From the IMG/VR virus record IMGVR_UViG_3300026488_000027, positions 2,131-66,130 of that record: a DNA stretch of 64,000 bases; one strand, written 5' to 3'. Below the pieces are notes generated by a model. It worked only from the letters and a program-made list of their open reading frames with translations, did not search any database and was not told the DNA's origin. The position numbers and the translations under genes were made by a program. Shown in pieces: positions 27,991-38,522 of the stretch. Source of the stretch: a virus (lineage: Duplodnaviria > Caudoviricetes). Numbering within the stretch: position 1 is the stretch's first letter; the number at the start of each line of letters is the position of its first letter.

Positions 27991-29211
27991 TTACAACCCT
28001 CCAACGTTCTTTTCGTAAAGATAAATTCTTTGAACTTCTTCGTCTGTAAGGGCACGATTGAAGATGCGAATGTTATCTATGAGACCCGTAAAACCCCCGA
28101 TAAGTGATCCATCTGGATCAATATACCCTCCAACAAACATACCTTTTGGAGGATATCTTGAATCATACCAATATATGTTAGATAAACTTATTGACGCAAT
28201 TACTTGATTATTTTTTCGTATAGAAAGAAGGTTATTTGCTGCATCATTTCTTATTTCTATGCAACTCCATGTATCCAGAGGGATACTTTCTGAAAAATTT
28301 ACCGTTGAGTCCGAAGAAGTCGAAGCAGCATATTTCAGATACTCACTTGTAAACTTATATCCAGCTCTACCTACTCCACTTGACTCCCCTGCATATGAGA
28401 AAATTAGTTCACTACTACAAGGATATACAAAAAAGGTAACTGTAAATGAATCATTGTGTATATCAAAAATCCTACTAACTAACTTTATGTTTGACTGCTC
28501 ATCAAACTTCGCAGCCTGTCCCCATGGACTTGCTTCATACTGTTCGTTACCATGCCAGGTTCCATTATAGTTCCCGAAAGCATCGTTAGCATTTCCTTCA
28601 AATGGATAGTAGGCAACCTGTGCCGTATCCCAATCTGAGATGGGAAGCCATTTGGGGTTGGTTTGATGGATGACTCTGCTGGCTGTTGATGAATTCACCA
28701 CGGCATCAAGAGCAGTTTCAGAATTAGCTATGGCGTTCATGGCTGTTTCAGAGTTGGCTACAGCATTCATAGCTGTTTCATCATTTGCCAGGGCAGTCAT
28801 GTCTGAATAGGCAGTGGGGTCAAGGCCTGCTTCTCCTGCTATCCACTTCGCTATGGCCATGTCATTCTGAGATATTGCATTCCAGAAAATAGGTTTCTTT
28901 CTGACAAAGGATCTTAGAGTATCATTCAGAGCTATGTGATTCATAGCATCAACAGATTCTGCTATGTATTTTGCAAGATCTTCGCTTTGAGCATACTTTT
29001 CATGTCTTGCCAAAAGATATGCTCCTATGGTGCTTCCATTGTTTGCTATGGCTTGTAGCAGCTCTGGGATCTGTATGATCTGGTGCACATTACTGGGATT
29101 TGTAACAAGAGAATGATATAAATAAAGAGTCTTCATATTTGTGCTTCCCGATGCAACGAGATTTCCAAATTCATTTATCATGTTCTTCAAAACATCTTTG
29201 CTATAAGCCAT
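27991..29211 (-). CDS. Tail/receptor-binding protein with C-terminal LamG domain, paralog 2
   Basis: Same LamG end motifs as paralog 1; 10-aa ANSETAMNA repeats. Confidence 0.85.
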   Translation of the reverse strand: MAYSKDVLKNMINEFGNLVASGSTNMKTLYLYHSLVTNPSNVHQIIQIPELLQAIANNGSTIGAYLLARHEKYAQSEDLAKYIAESVDAMNHIALNDTLRSFVRKKPIFWNAISQNDMAIAKWIAGEAGLDPTAYSDMTALANDETAMNAVANSETAMNAIANSETALDAVVNSSTASRVIHQTNPKWLPISDWDTAQVAYYPFEGNANDAFGNYNGTWHGNEQYEASPWGQAAKFDEQSNIKLVSRIFDIHNDSFTVTFFVYPCSSELIFSYAGESSGVGRAGYKFTSEYLKYAASTSSDSTVNFSESIPLDTWSCIEIRNDAANNLLSIRKNNQVIASISLSNIYWYDSRYPPKGMFVGGYIDPDGSLIGGFTGLIDNIRIFNRALTDEEVQRIYLYEKNVGGL

Positions 29212-29222
29212 GCTTCACCCCT

Positions 29223-30128
29223 CTAAATTAGTCCTTCAACCGTTATTGAACACTGGCTCACCACTGGATTTGACAGAACGATGCTGAAGTCTCTGTAAAA
29301 GCCGTAGATTAAGAGTGAAGTGTAGTCGGTTTTCTCATTATTCAGATCCCACACAACAGGAGTTGCTCTCAGATCGGCCAGCGTTCTCTGCACCTGATCT
29401 ATTAGTTCATTTTTCACTTCCACATCCAGCTCCGCTTTCTTTGCCCACTTACCCTGCTTCAGATAGGTTTCGCCAAAGTCATTTGTCTCCTTCTTGGAAT
29501 AATCTAAAATTCCTGCATTCACACCAAACAGGGTGCAACCAAGATTCTTGCTTTTGCCTATGATAACATGTCCGCACTTAACTGTTGGCGAATTGTAAAG
29601 CTTTATTTCTATCTTCCATGAGGATGCTGTGAACGGTATGCTCACTTTCAAACTGTCTCTCAGGATTATGTCTCCAAAGAAGTAATCAGACCAGCAGGAG
29701 GAAGTGTTTTGCAGTAAAGATATGTCCTTTTCAATCACAGTGTTGTCATTTTCATCGGTTATCTTTATGTAGCATCTTCCCGCATAGATTCTGAAAAGGC
29801 AAATAGAGTCGGCTCCAGAAATTCCCGTAACAACAACATCTATCTCATTTTCATTCACAGTTTGGCTTGTCACATAGTTATCAAACATCTTCCACTTGTT
29901 TGTTGCCCCAAGATCCTGCCATTTTCCTGGGTTTTCAGGCGGATAGTTGCCTGTGTTGTTGTCAGCCAAGCTCTTGAATATCTTTGTGATTCCATTTGGC
30001 TGCAAGTTTTGCACAAGCACTATGTCATCCTTGTTGTATGTTGTAGAGGAATCCCACACAGGATAGCTTGTCTCCTCGGCCACATTTGAACTAACTAATG
30101 TTATGTTTTTAGGCACGATAATATACAT
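29223..30128 (-). CDS. Tail tip/distal tail protein
   Basis: Immediately after the tape measure; WDSSTTYNKDD, GATNKWKMFD, DYSKKETNDFG. Confidence 0.75.
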   Translation of the reverse strand: MYIIVPKNITLVSSNVAEETSYPVWDSSTTYNKDDIVLVQNLQPNGITKIFKSLADNNTGNYPPENPGKWQDLGATNKWKMFDNYVTSQTVNENEIDVVVTGISGADSICLFRIYAGRCYIKITDENDNTVIEKDISLLQNTSSCWSDYFFGDIILRDSLKVSIPFTASSWKIEIKLYNSPTVKCGHVIIGKSKNLGCTLFGVNAGILDYSKKETNDFGETYLKQGKWAKKAELDVEVKNELIDQVQRTLADLRATPVVWDLNNEKTDYTSLLIYGFYRDFSIVLSNPVVSQCSITVEGLI

Positions 30129-33100
30129 CAGCTTGCCTCAGCCTGCTGCTGTTTCTCTTGCTGTTCCTGCTGTGGCATTCCATTCATATCCCATTTTTCA
30201 AGTGTGTAGCTTGTCTTCTGCATGTATTTTGCCAATTGATATATGGCACCTTTTAGTTCCATTCTTAACTCTCTGTTTTCTTTCATAAGTTCCTTGTTTT
30301 CAGCTTCAAGTCTGGCAAGCTTGGCAAAGAGTATGTCCATTGTTTTTTCGCCATAGGGCAGCGGAACGACTGCTTCAGGTTTGTCTCCTTCACCAAGAAG
30401 AGTAACGGTTGGTTCAGAAACTATTCCGCCAGTTGCGAGTGCGGCAAAACCACCTGTTCCTGTTTCTTTTGTTACTTCAGCATGTGTTAGCGTAACAGGT
30501 TCCTGCGTGTAGTAGGAGTATGTGTATGAATAGCTGAATCCTTCTCCAGAGTAGGATGAGCTTTGATAATAATGTCTTGTTGCAAGGCGTTGTGTGTAGC
30601 CGACGGTCTGTTTCTGGCTCTGTGTTATCCATTTTAGCCCTGCTATGAAGTTTTCAAGCTGCTGTAATGTGTTGAACATGCTTTGTTTGATATCAGTCAA
30701 TTTTTTGCTTATTATGCCGTCATTTCCAAGCAATTTTTTGAGAATTTCCGTCTGCTGCTCTATTTTGTCTTTCAAAACTTCAGCTTTTGCCCCAACAACG
30801 CTGTGTATCTGCTTAAGAGTTGAAACCGTCTGGTTCTTAGCCAAATCTATTGCAGCTTTGATTTGCTGTTCCATTGAGGTTTGCTTATCCGAAGTGACTT
30901 TCTGAAGTTCATACAGATCAGAAAGCACCTTCGCCTGTATGTCGCCGTATTCTTCCGCTGTGGCTGAAACACCTCTTGCGCTTTCAAGATACTGGGAAAC
31001 AAAGCTCATGTATTCTCTAACGGCTTCGGGTTTGCCGGTGAGAGCCTTCTGGTAAAGTTCTGTATATTTTGCGGTCTGCATCTGGAAGCGTGTTTCGGGA
31101 GTCGCCCAGACAAGCTGACCCTTCAAATCATCTATGGCTCTGCCTATGTCCTCTATGACCTGCTTGAGATCTTCCGCCGTGCGCTTAAGTTCCTCAGCCC
31201 TTTGCTTTTCAAGGTTCCAGCGTTCGAGAACAAGGGTTTCAACTTCTCTTGCCTTCTCAAGGAGCTTGTCAGGATCCTGTATAGCCCAGAGCTGTTGCAG
31301 ACCGGCTGTGATCTTCTGGCTAAAGTAGGAAATGCGTTCTTCTGTGGATTTGCCATAAAGCTGTGCTTCTTCTCTTACAGAGGCTATGCGTTCGGACAGA
31401 GCTTTTCTGTAGTCCTGCAGTCTTCTGTAAGCTTCCTCAGCCTTGCTGAGCCAGCTGTCAAGCTCGGCAACATATTTCTCAACATCTTCCAGAGATCTTC
31501 CCACAAGATGAGGGATTTGGTCGAGAAGCGATCTGTCGGCATCCCAGTCCCTATGCTTCTCAATAATGTCTTGGACACGTTCCTTTAGTTGTTTCCACTT
31601 GTTGTATTCTTCTTCGAGTTCATTTAGTCTTGACTGGTAGTAATTGTAAGCATATTGAGCAACCTTATCGTATTCTTCAGCAGAGGCTTTGTTCCAGTCA
31701 ACGGATTCCCTGTATGAATACCATAGATCTTTCCAATATGCTGACTCCTTTTTGCCAAGAATGTCTGTGTAATAATACAGAGATTGCTGTTGAAGTAGTT
31801 GTTCAAACTGAGGTATATATTTTTCCTCGGATGGTTGTTGTCTTAGCCAGCTAAGATATTCAAGAGCCGTCTCTATCTGATCTTCAGACCAGAAACCTCC
31901 ATAGGCGGCGTCATGTATGATTTGAGATACATAGTTGGGATTGCTGTAAAAGGTAGCCAGATCTTCAGCAGTTACAGGAATACCTGCTTGTTGCAACTTA
32001 TGTGCCCAATAATCATATTCAAGATCTTTGTATTCTTTTGCGCTTATCACATTTAACTGGTAAGCTTTTTGAGCTAAGTTCATTATTCTATTGTATGTTT
32101 CTTCAACTGAATCAGCGGTCTCTTTTAAAGCAACCGTCAGATTAGATAGCTCGGCTATCAGTTCCTCGACTGTCATTCCGTTGGCTTCGGCTACCTGCTT
32201 CAACACAGGGTAGTAGTCTTCAAGGTGGATCAGTATGTTGTAGAGATCTTCCCAGCCAAGATGCAGATTCTGTATAGTGTCCCAAATCTGAGGATAGAGT
32301 TGCTGGAAGCGTTCTATCTGTGCTTGTGTTGCGTCATATAAGCCAAGCTGTTGTTGCAGCATGGTTGTGAGCGTGTGCTGGTAAGCATCTATTGCTTTCT
32401 GTCCAAGGTCTTCTGAAAGCAGTCCCCTTTGCTCAAGTCTTTTGACCGCATCCTCCCAGTTCATAGTCATTGTGTAAACTTGCTTGCCGAAATCGGATAT
32501 GGTGTTTTTGAGGTAGTTGTTGAAGTTTTCTATTGCCGCCATTGTGTTGGAGATGTCTTCTTTAAAGAGATCGTAAACCTGCTGGATTTCTTCTTCGGAT
32601 GATGCATTCTGGATGGCTTCCATGTAAGAGTTTATCCATTCGTTGAACTTTTCAGCATCGGCTGCATAAGCCTGTAGCTGCTCTTTTGTGAACTCCATGA
32701 ATTGGGGAATGATCTCTTTGGGTAATCCCTTCTTGAGATACTCTTCTATTTCTTCACCTATATCTTTCCCCTTCCAGTTGTGTTCGTATAAAGTTATTTG
32801 ATACTGCTTGAAAGCTTCTTCCCAAGTGGTGCCGAATTGGGTGTCCATCTGCTTGGCGAAGTCCATCCAGTCCTTGACAATATTAGTAACGATCTGCTTA
32901 TATGCATTTTGAACTTTTCTCTCAGTCTCCTTTTCATCTTTCCCATGATCCATATCTGGGCGAATGCTATATGCTCCAGAAAGAGCTTGATCCATAGAAA
33001 TCTCATAGGTTCCAAAACCTTCAAGTATGTGGAATTCGGGTTTCTTCTTTTTCTTTTTGCCAATTCCAAATACATCACTCACAACATCTCCAAGTATATT

Positions 33101-36100
33101 GCCCGCCAGACCTCCAACAGGGCCAAAGAAATGATAGCCTATTGCAGTGGTGGCTCCTGATATTAAAGATCTTTCCCAGCTTCCTGTTCTGAGATAGGTG
33201 GTCAAGCCGCCCATCAGTCCAGCAGAAGCCCAGGGATTCTGCTGGAGCCAATCTGTTACTGCTCCAAGAGGATACCAGCCTGTCTGATCAAAAGCCCATT
33301 CGGTAATGGTTGCTGGAGTCTGCCAGTAGCTGTTCAAAAGCTTTGATACATTTCCAATTAGTCCTAAACCAGTTAATCCTGCTTGTTGGTTAGATGCAGC
33401 TGCTTGTTGTGCAGTTGGGAAAATAATTCCTTTCAAGACATTACTCAGGACGCTCATTAGAGCTGTTGAGAGATAAACAGCGAAGCTATGAGCAAATGCT
33501 CTTGCAATATCATTAAATAATGCTTTGAGATAGTCTTTAAACTTTCTCAGATGTCCTCTAAACAAATCATTAAATAGCATTTCAAAGAAGTTCTGGAATG
33601 CTTCTTTCAATCCACTGGTTAAGTTCTTAATCAGATCAAGGAGACCACTTTTCATCCATGAGTAAATCTTCTGAATTCCTTTCTCAAGTCTGTGATATTC
33701 TGCTTCGCTAATGATACCTTCTTGTTTCAGTTTATCAATGGTATTTTTCATGCGGTTAAGATAGTCTTCAGCTTTAGAAGCATTGTCAACAAGAATATCA
33801 CCAAGTGGTGCCAGAATGTCTTGCTCAACTGTTTTCTTGGCAAGTTGTTTGTATTTTTCAATTGCTTCGCTAATATTGACCCCTATGTTTATCTTCAGAT
33901 CTTTGAATGATCTAAGTTCTTTGATTTTGTTAATTATGTCAGTAACCTTTTCATCAATTGGGATAAGATCCTTTGTAAGTGTTCTGTAATGTTCTTTCAG
34001 TTTATTTACTACATCAGCTTCCTTTGAGTAAATTCTTTCTTTAATCTTTTCTCTTTTTTCAAGAATACTGTTTATCTTTTCATCAATTTCTTTTTCCTTT
34101 TGTTTTAAGGCTTCTCTTTGTTTATCAGTGAGAAGTGCTGATCTTTCATATTTTATCAGTTCATCTCTAAGAGATTTGTAATTTTGTATTTGATTGGTAT
34201 ATATGTCATACTGTTTCTTTAATTCTGCAGTAGTTCGCTCATATCTAAGATAGATTCTTTCTGTTTCAGTGCTTGCAACTTTAAGTTTGTTATTTATTTG
34301 TTCAATTAGCTGATTGTATTTTTCAGTAATTTTTATTGACTCACTTTTGTAGTTCTTATTGACCTGTTGATATTTTGCAGCAAGTTTAAGGAGTTCCTTG
34401 TATTGATATAACTTTTCATTTTCCTGTTTCAATGTCTTGACTTTTTCTTCATCAAGTTTTAATTCTTCAAGAAGATCTTTCTTATTTTTATCACTAACAG
34501 TTGCAATCTTTTTCTTGAGATCTAATATCTTTTGACTGTATTCTGCTATCTTTTTAGTATTTTCTGCTATAAGAGCTTCTGTTTCTTTGATTCTTTCACT
34601 TATTGATACACTTATTGTTTCTTTGAATAAACCACTTTTACCAAGAATTAATTGAGATTGTTGTGTAGCTGCTTGAGTTTTTCTTAGTTGTTCTTCTATA
34701 TCTGTGTATAATTTACTTAAGGAGTTTCTATATTCTTCAAGTAAATCCTTATGCTTCTTGAATCTTATTTGTTCATTTTTAATCCAAGTATCATCACCTG
34801 TGATTCCATATGCCCAGAGATTACCTATATCTTCAGCAACTTCCTTGTGAGCTTCACCTACTTCAAGAAGTGTTTCCTTAAATTCTTTCCAATGTGTGAT
34901 TGCATAAATTAATGTTGCTGTTAGAGCAGCGATTCCTGTTCCAACGAGACTTATGGTAGCGGTTAGGGATATAGCAGATTCAGCAGCAGCCGTCATTGCT
35001 ATTTCATACTCAGTTGTTGCTACAAAAAGAGTTCTTATTGACTCATATAAAGAATCAATTACGGATAGAAGTGGTTTTGCTGCACTGGCTGCTGTAATAA
35101 ATCCTTTTCCAACTAATTCTAATGTTTGAATCAGAACATTAAAACCACCAACAATTAATCCAAAACCACCTTTTATAATTTTAGCCCCAAGATTAATTGA
35201 AGCTAATCCACCCAATATAGTGCTTATTTCTAATATAACATCCCAATGACGAGAAACTTTTTCAAATGCAGTTACTACATGAGAAGCAGCTATTGCAATA
35301 CTTTCTAAAACAGCCTTTAATTTTTTACCTTCTTCGGTAAGTTCAATCATTCCATCTTTTACTTTGAAAAATCTATGTATTAATTTATCAAGAGTCTTGG
35401 TTAGTGTGTCATAGAATGGTTTAAAGGCAGGTTCAACTATTTGTAATTTGAATAGAGATTTTAATGTTGTTGATAAACCTGTTATAGTTTGTTGAACATC
35501 TCTTGCAGCATATTTAAATCCAGCAAGAATATCAGAAAGATGATAAATCAGTTCACCAGTTCTTGCCCAGTATTTAATTTGTTCCATTAATACAGGATTA
35601 CCTTGAGCAACAGATCTAACAACCTCTGAATATTGTATTCCAACACCAGTTAGTAAAGCCCTTGTTTCTTGAAATATTTGTAGATTTATTCTTTGTCCCT
35701 GTGTTAAAACGGCTATTGCATTAGCTAAAGCAAGAATTCCTTCTCTTGCTTTTTTGTTGTGTAAATCAAGAGTCTGGCCATAGGCAGCAAAAGCACGAGC
35801 AAGTTTCATCATCTGTTCGCCAGTAAGAGGTGTTTGAGCAGCAAGCAGTTGAACTGTTTTGTAAACTTCTTCAGCTCTTCTTTTATTCACTTGATATGCA
35901 GTAGCTAAAATCTTCTGTTGATTTATGACGGAGGCGAGATGAGAAGTTTCAACAGCAGCAAGAGAAATAACAGCCATTTTATGATCTTCAATGGCTTTGG
36001 CACCTTCTTTGAAAGCATCAGTTACTGCATGAACTATTCTCATTATACCACGATAAACAATTTCAGCACGAACAATTGTCCAGACTAATCCTCTCCAAGT

Positions 36101-36283
36101 TCTATCTTGTTTTACAAGTTCTCTTGTGTGTTTTTGTGTCTCTACTATGACATCTCTATAAACCTTACCAAGCTGTTTATGTGTAGAAATAGCCTCTGTT
36201 ACTGTTCTTTGTAGTTCCTTTATCTGTTCAGCAGTTAGCTTTTCATGGAATTCTATGTCTATGCTAATTCTATGCTCTGCCAT
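30128..36283 (-). CDS. Tail tape measure protein (2051 aa)
   Basis: Very long helical ORF after the tail chaperones; C-terminal LATGGIVSEPT..GEG..EAVVPL motif. Confidence 0.92.
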   Translation of the reverse strand: MAEHRISIDIEFHEKLTAEQIKELQRTVTEAISTHKQLGKVYRDVIVETQKHTRELVKQDRTWRGLVWTIVRAEIVYRGIMRIVHAVTDAFKEGAKAIEDHKMAVISLAAVETSHLASVINQQKILATAYQVNKRRAEEVYKTVQLLAAQTPLTGEQMMKLARAFAAYGQTLDLHNKKAREGILALANAIAVLTQGQRINLQIFQETRALLTGVGIQYSEVVRSVAQGNPVLMEQIKYWARTGELIYHLSDILAGFKYAARDVQQTITGLSTTLKSLFKLQIVEPAFKPFYDTLTKTLDKLIHRFFKVKDGMIELTEEGKKLKAVLESIAIAASHVVTAFEKVSRHWDVILEISTILGGLASINLGAKIIKGGFGLIVGGFNVLIQTLELVGKGFITAASAAKPLLSVIDSLYESIRTLFVATTEYEIAMTAAAESAISLTATISLVGTGIAALTATLIYAITHWKEFKETLLEVGEAHKEVAEDIGNLWAYGITGDDTWIKNEQIRFKKHKDLLEEYRNSLSKLYTDIEEQLRKTQAATQQSQLILGKSGLFKETISVSISERIKETEALIAENTKKIAEYSQKILDLKKKIATVSDKNKKDLLEELKLDEEKVKTLKQENEKLYQYKELLKLAAKYQQVNKNYKSESIKITEKYNQLIEQINNKLKVASTETERIYLRYERTTAELKKQYDIYTNQIQNYKSLRDELIKYERSALLTDKQREALKQKEKEIDEKINSILEKREKIKERIYSKEADVVNKLKEHYRTLTKDLIPIDEKVTDIINKIKELRSFKDLKINIGVNISEAIEKYKQLAKKTVEQDILAPLGDILVDNASKAEDYLNRMKNTIDKLKQEGIISEAEYHRLEKGIQKIYSWMKSGLLDLIKNLTSGLKEAFQNFFEMLFNDLFRGHLRKFKDYLKALFNDIARAFAHSFAVYLSTALMSVLSNVLKGIIFPTAQQAAASNQQAGLTGLGLIGNVSKLLNSYWQTPATITEWAFDQTGWYPLGAVTDWLQQNPWASAGLMGGLTTYLRTGSWERSLISGATTAIGYHFFGPVGGLAGNILGDVVSDVFGIGKKKKKKPEFHILEGFGTYEISMDQALSGAYSIRPDMDHGKDEKETERKVQNAYKQIVTNIVKDWMDFAKQMDTQFGTTWEEAFKQYQITLYEHNWKGKDIGEEIEEYLKKGLPKEIIPQFMEFTKEQLQAYAADAEKFNEWINSYMEAIQNASSEEEIQQVYDLFKEDISNTMAAIENFNNYLKNTISDFGKQVYTMTMNWEDAVKRLEQRGLLSEDLGQKAIDAYQHTLTTMLQQQLGLYDATQAQIERFQQLYPQIWDTIQNLHLGWEDLYNILIHLEDYYPVLKQVAEANGMTVEELIAELSNLTVALKETADSVEETYNRIMNLAQKAYQLNVISAKEYKDLEYDYWAHKLQQAGIPVTAEDLATFYSNPNYVSQIIHDAAYGGFWSEDQIETALEYLSWLRQQPSEEKYIPQFEQLLQQQSLYYYTDILGKKESAYWKDLWYSYRESVDWNKASAEEYDKVAQYAYNYYQSRLNELEEEYNKWKQLKERVQDIIEKHRDWDADRSLLDQIPHLVGRSLEDVEKYVAELDSWLSKAEEAYRRLQDYRKALSERIASVREEAQLYGKSTEERISYFSQKITAGLQQLWAIQDPDKLLEKAREVETLVLERWNLEKQRAEELKRTAEDLKQVIEDIGRAIDDLKGQLVWATPETRFQMQTAKYTELYQKALTGKPEAVREYMSFVSQYLESARGVSATAEEYGDIQAKVLSDLYELQKVTSDKQTSMEQQIKAAIDLAKNQTVSTLKQIHSVVGAKAEVLKDKIEQQTEILKKLLGNDGIISKKLTDIKQSMFNTLQQLENFIAGLKWITQSQKQTVGYTQRLATRHYYQSSSYSGEGFSYSYTYSYYTQEPVTLTHAEVTKETGTGGFAALATGGIVSEPTVTLLGEGDKPEAVVPLPYGEKTMDILFAKLARLEAENKELMKENRELRMELKGAIYQLAKYMQKTSYTLEKWDMNGMPQQEQQEKQQQAEAS

Positions 36284-36665
36284 GTCTGCTTTCCAATTCT
36301 ATATCTCTTATGGCACTGTGTATCTTCATTGCTTTATAAACAAGAGTAACAATCGGATTTGGAAGCTCAAGCAGTCCTATTTTGCTGTGAAAAGGAACTT
36401 GAGCTTCCACACAACTTTTTATATCCAGTATCAATGCAAATTCATCATAATGTTTGTTAACAAATGCTACTGGGCATTCAGTTAAAGTTTTAGTTTTATT
36501 CTTACCAACAACTATAGGATAAGCAACAACTCCTATGTGTTGTTCTTTCGGAATATAAGGACAGTGTCTTATTCTTTTTTGATATTCATCACATTCAGAA
36601 CAGTTCCAATTGTATTTGTTTGAAAAGTTTATTCCACATAATATTTCAAAATTCTCTACATTCAT
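36270..36665 (-). CDS. Tail assembly chaperone, frameshift-extended (gpT-like) part
   Basis: Lies in the -1 frame of the upstream chaperone, directly before the tape measure. Confidence 0.7.
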   Translation of the reverse strand: MNVENFEILCGINFSNKYNWNCSECDEYQKRIRHCPYIPKEQHIGVVAYPIVVGKNKTKTLTECPVAFVNKHYDEFALILDIKSCVEAQVPFHSKIGLLELPNPIVTLVYKAMKIHSAIRDIELESRHGRA

Positions 36666-36967
36666 TTTCCCTTAACAGAAAGTTTCATTATACGATCAAA
36701 CAGTTCATTCTGAACAGCTATGGGAGCTTCTCTTATTTTTTCCATAATAGTTTCTTTTATAGAAGGATCATCTACCATAAGACAGGTTTCAATTACTTCA
36801 AGAGCAAGATCCTGGAATTCATCAGTATCCACCTTACCTTCTTCCGCATTGAAATCAGCCAGTCTCTTAGCATATACAAGAAATTCCTCTCTGGTAAGGG
36901 CACGGATCTTAAATTCAACGTCATCAAACTTCACTTTCTCAGTGATAAAGCTTTTCAATACGAGCAT
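36662..36967 (-). CDS. Tail assembly chaperone (gpG-like)
   Basis: Between tail tube and tape measure; FKIRALT motif; ends at the slippery site. Confidence 0.8.
   Translation of the reverse strand: MLVLKSFITEKVKFDDVEFKIRALTREEFLVYAKRLADFNAEEGKVDTDEFQDLALEVIETCLMVDDPSIKETIMEKIREAPIAVQNELFDRIMKLSVKGK
36665..36671 (-). other. -1 ribosomal frameshift slippery site G GGA AAA
   Basis: ...AAG GGA AAA TGA; a -1 slip reads GGG AAA ATG AAT, in frame with 36270..36665. Confidence 0.8.
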
Positions 36968-36996
36968 AAAGACCTCCTTGAAATGGTTTTATATTC

Positions 36997-37026
36997 GGCC
37001 CAGGGACAAAATGAATTCCCTGGGCC
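36997..37026 (-). terminator. Stem-loop downstream of the major tail gene (stabiliser or attenuator)
   Basis: GGCCCAGGGA / TCCCTGGGCC 10-bp stem; no clear U-tract. Confidence 0.55.
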
Positions 37027-37041
37027 ATACTTATATGCTAA

Positions 37042-38088
37042 TTAAATAAGAAATCTGATTTTTATATCATCATCAGAACCAGTATCTATTGCAGTGAAGT
37101 TGAGTCTTCTGAAGAGAATATCTTCTTTGTTTTCATTAGCAAGGTCATTAATCTGTATGTGTGGCAGTTCAATTATAACATGATTACCTTCATCACCACT
37201 ATCAAGTTCTATTGATAGATTAATTGTTTCACCAGACTTGAATTTGGTAAATAGATGTTCTGGATCAGAAGTTCCAGGCAAAACTCCTTCTATAGAAAAG
37301 TTTCCAGTTACTTTTCTGCTTGTAACTATTGCACTGACAATACCATCAGCTTCAGAAGCACATTCTCTTAGTCTGACATCATTTCCACCATTGATTTCAA
37401 AACCACCAAGACAGTAAGTTGTAGAGGAACCTACTGTAAATGTCATGTTCTGAAGGAACAGTGGTTTCTGATCAGGATAGGTAATTGTAGGAAGTGTTTC
37501 AGCTACAGGATCACCAACTATTTTACCTGTGAAGTTGAATTCAATCATAACTCTTTCACCAACTCCACCTGCTCTTATGGTATAAGTTCCAATACAACCA
37601 GCAAGGACAATAGCTTCTGCTTTATCGTCTTCTCCAGCTGCATACCAGAGCTTGAATGAAAGAGAATTTCCACTTGTAGCAAGATTTGAAGTAGGTGTGT
37701 AATACATTTCACCTATGTATTCGTCACCTGAAGAAGGAGTTCCATCAGGATCAGTTTCAACATCAGTCTTGTTATACATACAAGCTCTTAGAAGTTTTCC
37801 TACAACAGGTTCAATCAGATTGGCAGGAGAACCGCCATCAGTCCCATCTCCTCTCAATTCACAGGTAAAGCTTATAGTGCCATATACAGCAGTAACATAT
37901 TCAGCATCAGCACCAAAAGTGGGTTTCATTAGATTTCTTCTCTGTGTCTTTCTGGGAAAGTTAAATGTTATATCTTCTGCTGGTATATAAAATACATCGG
38001 AAGAACTCCAGTCTGTTGGAGGAGTTCCATAAGAAGTTTCAACATAGCCTTTTAGAACAGTTCTTTTAACAAGTCTTGGCAAAGCCAT
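37042..38088 (-). CDS. Major tail tube protein
   Basis: ETSYGT N-terminus, GTISFTCELRG, beta-rich, strong RBS, position in the tail module. Confidence 0.85.
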   Translation of the reverse strand: MALPRLVKRTVLKGYVETSYGTPPTDWSSSDVFYIPAEDITFNFPRKTQRRNLMKPTFGADAEYVTAVYGTISFTCELRGDGTDGGSPANLIEPVVGKLLRACMYNKTDVETDPDGTPSSGDEYIGEMYYTPTSNLATSGNSLSFKLWYAAGEDDKAEAIVLAGCIGTYTIRAGGVGERVMIEFNFTGKIVGDPVAETLPTITYPDQKPLFLQNMTFTVGSSTTYCLGGFEINGGNDVRLRECASEADGIVSAIVTSRKVTGNFSIEGVLPGTSDPEHLFTKFKSGETINLSIELDSGDEGNHVIIELPHIQINDLANENKEDILFRRLNFTAIDTGSDDDIKIRFLI

Positions 38089-38123
38089 TGTTTACCTCCT
38101 TTCAAATAGAGATTTCATTAGTT

Positions 38124-38522
38124 TCACATATTATATGCTGTTAAGATACGAACATCAGCTATTCCAAAAGGATACAGCCAACCTTCATCTGTTTCAATTC
38201 TCAACACCTTTATGGGCTTGACAGAATTACCTCCAAGGAATTTGTCAGAATAAATTATGTTTATACTTTCCTGTATCGCTTTGTTCAGAATCTCAGATGT
38301 ATTATCTTCATTGTAAACCACAATTCTTAAGATTACTTCAAATTCACATAAGTCTCTATTACACACCATTTTTCTTGTCTCAACACCATCAATAACAAAT
38401 ACAATTGGAGTTTCATAAGGCCTAATAGATTCAGTATTTCTATATCTTCTCGTGACAGTTCTTATTTCAGTCTTGTTATTATTAATTAAATCAACTATGT
38501 AATTTAAGATTTCATTCCTCAT
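38124..38522 (-). CDS. Tail terminator-like protein
   Basis: MRNEIL...DKFLGG...IETDEG pattern; precedes the tail tube gene. Confidence 0.7.
   Translation of the reverse strand: MRNEILNYIVDLINNNKTEIRTVTRRYRNTESIRPYETPIVFVIDGVETRKMVCNRDLCEFEVILRIVVYNEDNTSEILNKAIQESINIIYSDKFLGGNSVKPIKVLRIETDEGWLYPFGIADVRILTAYNM

Noticed and set aside
25789-29211. Diversity-generating retroelement (TR/VR pair) in the LamG genes
   Set aside because: The cores differ at all base types and in length rather than only at adenines, both copies are coding, and no reverse transcriptase is in the window
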